This document shows positions 26,396 through 32,798 of a stretch of 32,798 bases of DNA, piece by piece. Below the pieces are notes generated by a model. The model was not told the DNA's origin, did no database searches, and saw only the letters and a program-made list of their open reading frames with translations. Position numbers and translations under genes: made by a program. The DNA comes from Flavobacteriales bacterium (lineage in GTDB: Bacteria; Bacteroidota; Bacteroidia; Flavobacteriales_D; CAJJDF01), in contig JBDMYC010000072.1 of assembly GCA_039770535.1 (NCBI GenBank), positions 1 to 32,798 on the forward strand, in the 5' to 3' direction. Each line of letters opens with the position of its first letter. Position 1 is the stretch's first letter.

Positions 26396-26818
26396 ATGTT
26401 GAAAGAATTTAAAGCGTTTATCATGGGCGGTAATGTAATCGAGTTTGCAGTCGCAGTGATTATGGCAACAGCCATTGGAAAAGTTGTGAATGGATTTGTA
26501 TCTATGATTATAATGCCAATTGTAGGTCATTTTGCAGGAGGAACTGATTTTTCTAAATTAAGAATCATCTTAACTGAAAAAATTGATGAAGTGAAAGATG
26601 CAGGAGGAGAAGTAATTACTAAGGCAGTTCCTGAAAACGCGATTATGTGGGGAGCTTGGGTAAATGAAATTATCAGCTTAATCATTGTAGGATTCGTAAT
26701 GTTCATCATTATTAAGTCTTACAACAAAGCAAGAAAGCCAAAAGAAGAGCCAGCTCCAGCAGGACCTTCTCAAGAAGATTTATTAGGAGAAATAAGAGAT
26801 TTGTTGAAGAAAAACTAA
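26396..26818 (+). CDS. mscL: Large-conductance mechanosensitive channel
   Basis: MLKEFKAFIMGGNVIEFAVAVIMATAIGKVVNGFVSMIIMPIVG is the conserved MscL TM1 region. A second TM (LIIVGFVMFIIIKSYNK) and a charged C-terminal helix follow. Confidence 0.95.
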   Translation: MLKEFKAFIMGGNVIEFAVAVIMATAIGKVVNGFVSMIIMPIVGHFAGGTDFSKLRIILTEKIDEVKDAGGEVITKAVPENAIMWGAWVNEIISLIIVGFVMFIIIKSYNKARKPKEEPAPAGPSQEDLLGEIRDLLKKN

Positions 26819-26840
26819 TTTCACTCTCACTTAAAATTGA

Positions 26841-26875
26841 AAAAACCTTCTCGAAGTTTCGAGAAGGTTTTTTTT
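26841..26875. terminator. Bidirectional rho-independent terminator between convergent mscL and the TPR gene
   Basis: CCTTCTCGAA (26846-26855) pairs perfectly with TTCGAGAAGG (26858-26867). An A-run (26841-26845) and a T-run (26868-26875) flank the stem. Confidence 0.8.
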
Positions 26876-26920
26876 ATTCAATTTTTATGGAAGTATTGTA
26901 ATCTTACAATACCGAATATT

Positions 26921-28795
26921 CTATTTAATTCCTCTCTCAAATTTTTCCACAGGAGAGAGTGTTTCTGCATACTTTCGATATCTTTTTCTAGCTTCTACCA
27001 CAAAAAGACTTCCTGGATATTCGAACAATAGTTTTTCGTAATAATTAAAAGCTCCTTTTGGGTCATTTAATTGATTTTCGTGTAGTTCGGCTAGTTTAAA
27101 AATAGCATTATCTGCCAAAATATCTTCTGGATAACTACCCACAATTAACTCCAAATTTCTCTGAGCTTTGACAAAATCCTGTTTTTTGAAGGCAATTTCA
27201 TATCGCTTGTAAAGGATCTCATCAGAAAGACTGTGATTGGGATCACGGTCATTTATAGAATCTAGTTTTAGTGTTGCCTCATCTAGTTTATTCTGAAAAA
27301 TAAGTAAATCAGCTTGCGCAAATTGGACCATATTTACAACTGTAGTGTCCATGTTATAATTATCTGTGATTAACAAAGATAAATCTATCGCGTCATTGGC
27401 AATTAGTTTCGAAGTAGAAGCTTTCAGGCCTTCCAGTTGATTTTGCGACCATTCAAAATCTCCACTGTAGTAATATAATTTGGCGTTTTTGAATTTAGCT
27501 TTGGAACCTATAATGTCATATTTGAATTTTTTCTCTACTTGCATATACAAAAGAGAGGCTTCCCAAATGTCGTTTTTCATCATGTAGATATCACCTAACT
27601 TTATTTTGTTCTCAGCTATTTTTTTTGGAGCCATTCCAGGATAGGAGAGAAGCTGATTGTATAAAAATTCTGCTGTATCAATGTTGTGAATATAAAAACC
27701 TTCGAGGTAGGCTAATCCTTCTAGAATTGGCCCTTTGTCATCAACTGCAGAAATTCCTGAAAGAGTTTTTAAGTATCTGTTTTTCAAATTTTTAAGATCG
27801 GTCTGGGTGTACTTTGAATTCGAGAAAATTTTCAATTGAAGAGCTTTCAAAATTTCTTGTTTGGATGCAATTGCAAAGTAGTTAATTTCGTTTTCTTTCT
27901 CCATTATATAGTCAAAAGCTTGTACGGCAATGTCATATTTTTTATTAGACATACAAAGTTTTGCAAATTTGAAGATTCGTTCCCCTTTTGCCTTTGTTCT
28001 TTTATCAAATGCTTTTACTTGAATGAATGCAGATTCAAAATCTCCTTTTTGTTGAAACATCCAAATCAAAAGGTCATAATAAGATTCTTTTTCTGGATTT
28101 TTCTGTACTTTTTTTAGCAAACTTTTTCTCAAGTACTCTACCTTTTTCTCGTCTTCTTCAAAATTTATAGACTTAGGCATGAAAGCCTTAACGCGATTCA
28201 AATCTCGCGGGTTTTTATCAATCTGATTCAGATAGGAATCTATCATTTTTTCATGATTTCCCTTCAGCCCGTATAAATTCGCGATAGAAATATTATTATT
28301 CGATTTAGGATGAATTTCATCACACTTTTCTAGTGTTAATATAGCTAAATCATATTTCAGTAATTTCATGAACTCTCCAGTCAATAAATTGAATTCACCT
28401 GGATTTTTCTTTTTGTCGTACTCTTCAATTATTTCTAGATAATAATCTTGCGCTTTGCTTTTCTGGTTTTGATTTTCATAAATTGTTCCCAACTTCATTT
28501 TAAAAAAAGCTCCATACTTTTCTCTTTTGATTCTTTTCTTTGTGATTTTCTCAGCCTCATCAAATTCTTTCAACTCCATGAGGGTTTCCAGATAATTTGA
28601 ATATATACTATTTGAAGACTTGTCGGTATAAATTTTATCGTAATATAATTTAGCCTTTTCAAAATCACTTTGGTCAAAATAGTATTGGGCCATTTCCTGA
28701 TCAGAACTTTGGGCAAAAGAGTTGAACGGAGCAATCAAGAAAAAGAGCAATGTAGCTCGCAAAATAAGTAATGTTTTTAGTTTAGTTGGTTGCAT
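26921..28795 (-). CDS. Tetratricopeptide-repeat (TPR) protein with signal peptide, 624 aa
   Basis: Signal peptide ...LIAPFNSFAQ. TPR-like helical repeats recur throughout (AQYYFDQSDFEKAKLYYDKI, AKLYYYSGDFEWSQNQL, ILYKRYEIAFKKQDFVKAQRNLELIV, GAFNYYEKLLFEYPGS). Confidence 0.85.
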   Translation of the reverse strand: MQPTKLKTLLILRATLLFFLIAPFNSFAQSSDQEMAQYYFDQSDFEKAKLYYDKIYTDKSSNSIYSNYLETLMELKEFDEAEKITKKRIKREKYGAFFKMKLGTIYENQNQKSKAQDYYLEIIEEYDKKKNPGEFNLLTGEFMKLLKYDLAILTLEKCDEIHPKSNNNISIANLYGLKGNHEKMIDSYLNQIDKNPRDLNRVKAFMPKSINFEEDEKKVEYLRKSLLKKVQKNPEKESYYDLLIWMFQQKGDFESAFIQVKAFDKRTKAKGERIFKFAKLCMSNKKYDIAVQAFDYIMEKENEINYFAIASKQEILKALQLKIFSNSKYTQTDLKNLKNRYLKTLSGISAVDDKGPILEGLAYLEGFYIHNIDTAEFLYNQLLSYPGMAPKKIAENKIKLGDIYMMKNDIWEASLLYMQVEKKFKYDIIGSKAKFKNAKLYYYSGDFEWSQNQLEGLKASTSKLIANDAIDLSLLITDNYNMDTTVVNMVQFAQADLLIFQNKLDEATLKLDSINDRDPNHSLSDEILYKRYEIAFKKQDFVKAQRNLELIVGSYPEDILADNAIFKLAELHENQLNDPKGAFNYYEKLLFEYPGSLFVVEARKRYRKYAETLSPVEKFERGIK

Positions 28796-29336
28796 GGTAG
28801 TCTATAATAGAATCCATTTGTTCAAAAAGTGGGCCATTCATTTCTAGCACTAGTTCTATTGCAGAAATTTGTTTATCTATTTCTCCTTTTAATAGGATCA
28901 AAGCATTTTTTTCTGCCTGAGTATATTGCAGAGCTTCGTCTTTATTAACTGTTTCATGAATTAAATTCTGTTTCAGAGTTTCTGTCTGTTTTTTACAGAA
29001 TTCATATTCATTGTCCACTGCACTAATATCTGTCAAAAAATTTCTGATTGTTTTGAATAAGCCACCTCGAGCTTTCAATGCAATTTCCTCAAATTTGGGA
29101 TCAATCGTATCTCTTGTGTAAACAGTTTTTATAGAATCTAACTTTTGTGATGCCTTATTCTTTATAAGCTTTAATGCTTTCTGGTCAAAATTCGATACAA
29201 TACTGTAGGAAGAATCGAGACTGATATTTAGTCTATTTATTTCACTTATTTGCGGGGCATAAACGGAATTTTTTTCAGTCTTTTCGACACATGAAAGTAA
29301 GGCAAGGCCTACTGTAAAGTATAGTAAATTTTTCAT
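28782..29336 (-). CDS. Hypothetical lipoprotein, 184 aa, mostly helical
   Basis: Lipobox GLALLSC. Starts 2 nt after the serS stop, and its 3' end overlaps the TPR gene start by 14 nt. Confidence 0.6.
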   Translation of the reverse strand: MKNLLYFTVGLALLSCVEKTEKNSVYAPQISEINRLNISLDSSYSIVSNFDQKALKLIKNKASQKLDSIKTVYTRDTIDPKFEEIALKARGGLFKTIRNFLTDISAVDNEYEFCKKQTETLKQNLIHETVNKDEALQYTQAEKNALILLKGEIDKQISAIELVLEMNGPLFEQMDSIIDYHATN

Positions 29337-29338
29337 AA

Positions 29339-30610
29339 TTAGTTTATAGTTTCAAACCTTGTATAAGGAACTAATGCTGCAGGAATCTTTATACCATCAG
29401 CAGTTTGATTATTCTCAAGCAATGCGGCAACTATTCTAGGTAACGCAAGAGCACTTCCGTTTAGTGTGTGAGCCAATTCTGTTTTGCCCTCTTTGTTTTT
29501 GAACCTTAATTTTAAGCGGTTTGCTTGATACGTTTCAAAATTAGATACCGAACTAACTTCTAGCCACTTATCTTGTGCTATCGAATAAACCTCAAAATCA
29601 TAAGTAATTGCTGCTGTGAATCCTAAATCTCCTCCGCATAATTTTAATATTCTATACGGTAATTCTAATTTTTCAAGCAAAGTTTTCACATGGGCAATCA
29701 TTCCTTCCAATGCTTCGTATGATTTCTCAGGATGCTGAACTTGAACAATTTCTACTTTGTCAAATTGGTGAAGTCGATTTAGTCCTCTCACATCTTTTCC
29801 ATAGCTTCCAGCTTCTCGTCTAAAACAAGGTGTGTATGCAGTGAGTTTTTGAGGGAAATCCTCTTTTTTAAGTATTACATCTCTAAAGATATTTGTAACA
29901 GGAACTTCAGCAGTTGGAATCAAATAAAAATTATCTACAGTTGAATGATACATTTGACCTTCTTTATCAGGAAGTTGTCCTGTTCCAAATCCAGAGTCTT
30001 CATTTACAAGTAGGGGAGGGATCACTTCTTTGTATCCACTATTCTCCGCCTCATCTAAAAAGAAATTGATTAGAGCTCTTTGCAATTTTGCGCCTTTTCC
30101 TTTGTAAACTGGAAATCCTGCTCCGGTTATTTTTACTCCCAAGTCAAAATCAATCAAGTCATATTTACTTGCTAAATCCCAATGCGGAACTGCATTTTCT
30201 GGTAATGTATTAATTGCTCCGTGTTCAAAAATAGTTTCATTATCTGCAGGAGTTTTTCCTTCAGGTACATCTTCATTTGGAACATTTGGAATTTGGTACA
30301 AAAGCTCCATAATTTTTGCGTCAAGCTCAGACCATTTAGCTTTTGATTCTGCAATATCTTCATTTAATGTTACTGTCTTTTCCTTCAGAACATTGGCTTC
30401 TTGTGCTTTTCCGGTTTTATATAGATTTCCAATTTCTTTAGATAGGTTGTTTTTCTTGCTCAAAAGTTCATCACTAACCACCTGCAATTCCCTTTTTCTT
30501 TTGTCGAAAACCAAAATGTCACCAATTATTTGTTCTCCATCAAAATTTTTAATCTTCAGTTTTTCAATTAGTTGTTTGTGATTTTCTCTGATTTTCGCAA
30601 TTTCTATCAT
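29339..30610 (-). CDS. serS: Serine--tRNA ligase
   Basis: N-terminal coiled-coil tRNA-binding arm plus the class II core motifs (FRREAGS, RLHQFDKVE, TLNGSALALPR). Confidence 0.95.
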   Translation of the reverse strand: MIEIAKIRENHKQLIEKLKIKNFDGEQIIGDILVFDKRKRELQVVSDELLSKKNNLSKEIGNLYKTGKAQEANVLKEKTVTLNEDIAESKAKWSELDAKIMELLYQIPNVPNEDVPEGKTPADNETIFEHGAINTLPENAVPHWDLASKYDLIDFDLGVKITGAGFPVYKGKGAKLQRALINFFLDEAENSGYKEVIPPLLVNEDSGFGTGQLPDKEGQMYHSTVDNFYLIPTAEVPVTNIFRDVILKKEDFPQKLTAYTPCFRREAGSYGKDVRGLNRLHQFDKVEIVQVQHPEKSYEALEGMIAHVKTLLEKLELPYRILKLCGGDLGFTAAITYDFEVYSIAQDKWLEVSSVSNFETYQANRLKLRFKNKEGKTELAHTLNGSALALPRIVAALLENNQTADGIKIPAALVPYTRFETIN

Positions 30611-30821
30611 TGGGGTAAAAAATTAGGTTTTCAATATTTTGATAAAGATAAAAAAACCATCCGTAATTAGTTTTTTAAACTAACAATTTATGCATTTAGA
30701 GCAACTATCTAAAATAAGGAGATAAAGTTTTGTCACTTCACTGTAATTTTGCGCAAGATTATCGTTAATATAAAGCAACTTAGCAGTAATAACTGCGTAC
30801 TAAGATTTGACAATATAGGTT

Positions 30822-32798
30822 ATGCAAACAAACTTCTTATTTTAATCACTACTAATCATTGTTTTAGCTGTTTCCTCCTTGGGGGTTTTTAGTCAGGATG
30901 ATTATTTTGTAACTACTTTCCCAGGTAAAACTGTTGAATCCAGTACAAGCCCTCAAGTGGAACTTTATGCTTGTGAAGCGATTCCAGAGAATTACGCGAT
31001 TACAATAAAGAACATTTCTCCGTTTACATTGTCTTTGTGTACCCTTGAAATTAATCTTCCTTCAGGAATTAATTATGCGGGTAATTTCAACAGTGTAGCA
31101 GCAGTAAATTTCATCAGTAATACAGATAGCAATATTTTATTGTCATTAGATTCAGTTCAGACTTTAGTATCTCTGCCTATATCTTTTGATATCGTAGCTG
31201 GTTGTGGTGTTTTTGATTTAGGTGTTGCCAGAGGGAACTTTGATGTAAAACTAAGAGCTGAATTCACACAGAAAAACACGGGCGCAAGAAGAATAAGGAA
31301 TTGGTCATTTGCTCCATTAATCGTTAATTTCCCCAAGTTACAAATTGCTGTAAGAAGTTTTACTGATGCGCTATCAAACATCAATTATATCAAGAGTCCA
31401 GCAATTGGAGATGAGATATGTCGAAGAATAACAATTACAAATGGAGGTACATCTCCTTTGGATTCTGTTTTTTTTACTTCCAATCATTCTCCTTCTATTC
31501 AATTGGTAAGTTATAGTTTGGGAACTGTCACAGGAACAGCTATTTCACATGCAATTTCTTTTGCTGGAGCTGATTTCAGTTCAATTGGTAACATGGATGG
31601 TTTTCTAGATCCCGGGGAGGATTTAGTCTTTTTTGAATGTATCAGAATAATTGATTGTATAGATCCTACAACCACTTATGACGCATTTTGGGGGTGTGGA
31701 ACTGATATATGTCAAATTGAAACAGCAACCGATAATATTGTATTCGAAACAAGTTCGCCAAGACTGAGTGTAACACCTTCAGTAGATACTCCCGCTTGCT
31801 ATGGAGTTAATATGCCATTCACAGCAATGAGATTGAGAATAAAGAATGAAAGATCCAATTTAATTGATTCTGCACAGGATATTTCGGTCGAAATTTTTCA
31901 AGGAGTAAATGGTTTCTCACCCAACTTTCTTAGTGTAATCAATTCGGGATCCATTAGAGTGAGGCAAAATGGGAATTTGATTCCCTTTACGATAATATCA
32001 ACAACACCAAATAACAGTGCGCTTTGTAATGCTGCCGGAGCAAATTCTGTAGGAAGATTTAAAATTTTAATACCGAAAATTTATGCAGATTCTACTGTGC
32101 AAGTAGCTTGGAGAGTTGAAACCTGCTGTAATACCAGTTGCAATAATGGTAATTTAAGTGTTTATGATTGGGGTTACAATGTGGAATACCAAAATAGATG
32201 CGAAGTTACATATCGAGAGCATGTTGGCAGAGTTGGATTAAATAACCAGGATTTGAGACATCAGTTGGCTCCCGGAGCAAGTACTTCACAAGTTACTAGT
32301 GCTTCTCCCATTACTGATTTTGAGTTTGCTATCGTAAACTCATACTTTTCGATACCAAAAGATGCTAGTGATTTCTTAAGATATGAAATAGAAATCCCGC
32401 AGTGTATGGATTTTGTTAGAAGTACAGCAAATGTTTATTTAGAAAATTTTGATGGTACAAGAATTTCTGCAACTTTACCTAATATTGTTGTTACAGGAAA
32501 AACTATTGACGTTAAATTTCTTAATGGCTTTTATGATCTTACCCAGGGGAAAATCGTCATTAAGCTAACTCCAAATTGCACTAGTTGTACACCAAATCCT
32601 GTAGATACAATTTCTATACGTTCTTTTTACAATCCTAATGATGGATCGTGCAGTAGTTGCGAATTTGAGTTAGGATGTGCTTCTATTCCTGTATCTATTC
32701 TTTGTAATCCAAATTGTGGTGCATTCAATATTCAGTACAGAGGTGGAAGAAGTTATTTTCAAAGAGCACAGGCCTCCTTTGGATATCCTGACGATAAC
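30822..32798 (+). CDS. Large Cys-rich, modular secreted-type protein (adhesin-like). It is 3'-truncated by the window edge, and an in-frame TAA at codon 8 interrupts the signal peptide, so it may be a pseudogene or an assembly error
   Basis: Absent from the supplied track because no stop lies within the window. I translated codon by codon: the frame is open for 651 codons from 30846 to 32798, which is not expected by chance in AT-rich DNA. ATG 30822 gives MQTNFLF, then TAA at 30843-30845, then SLLIIVLAVSSLGVFSQDDYF... Four beta-sandwich-like xIxIxN strands and clustered Cys residues recur. The next in-frame canonical start after the TAA is TTG 30879. Confidence 0.7.

Noticed and set aside
30843-30845. 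TAA reassigned as a sense codon (alternative genetic code) to explain the interrupted signal peptide.
   Set aside because: TAA clearly terminates many well-defined genes in this window, for example at 988-990, 4580-4582, 12737-12739 and 16620-16622. A global reassignment is therefore untenable.
31157-31384. 75-aa minus-strand ORF, the only track entry in the last 2 kb.
   Set aside because: It lies antisense to a 651-codon open + frame with protein-like modular sequence, so the + frame is far better supported.
1-32798. Window-wide scan for tRNA or rRNA genes, CRISPR repeats, inverted-repeat-flanked mobile elements, integrases or transposases, toxin-antitoxin pairs and known defence-system signatures.
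   Set aside because: None found. The intergenic regions are short (mostly under 270 nt) and AT-rich, with no cloverleaf-capable GC-rich segments or direct repeats. Every long ORF has a housekeeping, envelope or hypothetical assignment.

Overview
AT-rich chromosomal segment that looks like Bacteroidota, probably class Flavobacteriia. Supporting signs: two proteins of T9SS-cargo type, a type III glutamine synthetase, a CarbopepD-type TonB receptor paired with DUF4249, TTG/TAnnTTTG promoter motifs, and almost no Shine-Dalgarno sequences. I support about 27 protein-coding genes. Most are housekeeping or envelope functions: an RND efflux adaptor and pump, two TonB-dependent receptors, msrB, a Nudix CoA pyrophosphatase, gltA, coaD, an OmpH-like protein, a GT2 fusion protein, GSIII, mscL and serS. 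The rest are lipoproteins and hypothetical proteins. I found no tRNA, rRNA, CRISPR array, transposase, integrase or recognisable defence or toxin system, so this reads as core genome rather than an accessory island. The most notable item is missing from the supplied ORF track. A 651-codon open frame on the + strand (30846..32798) runs off the 3' edge of the window. It encodes a modular, Cys-rich secreted-type protein. Its only ATG (30822) is separated from the body by an in-frame TAA at codon 8, inside what would otherwise be a textbook signal peptide. Lesser observations: a TlpA-like protein that has lost both CxxC cysteines; an exported MsrB lacking the usual resolving Cys; a GT2 fused to a gutted phosphoglycosyl-transferase remnant; an RND pump with an extra hydrophobic hairpin; and an uncharacterised tightly packed minus-strand gene string containing a Crp/Fnr regulator. 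All functional calls come from motif recognition by eye. No database search was run.
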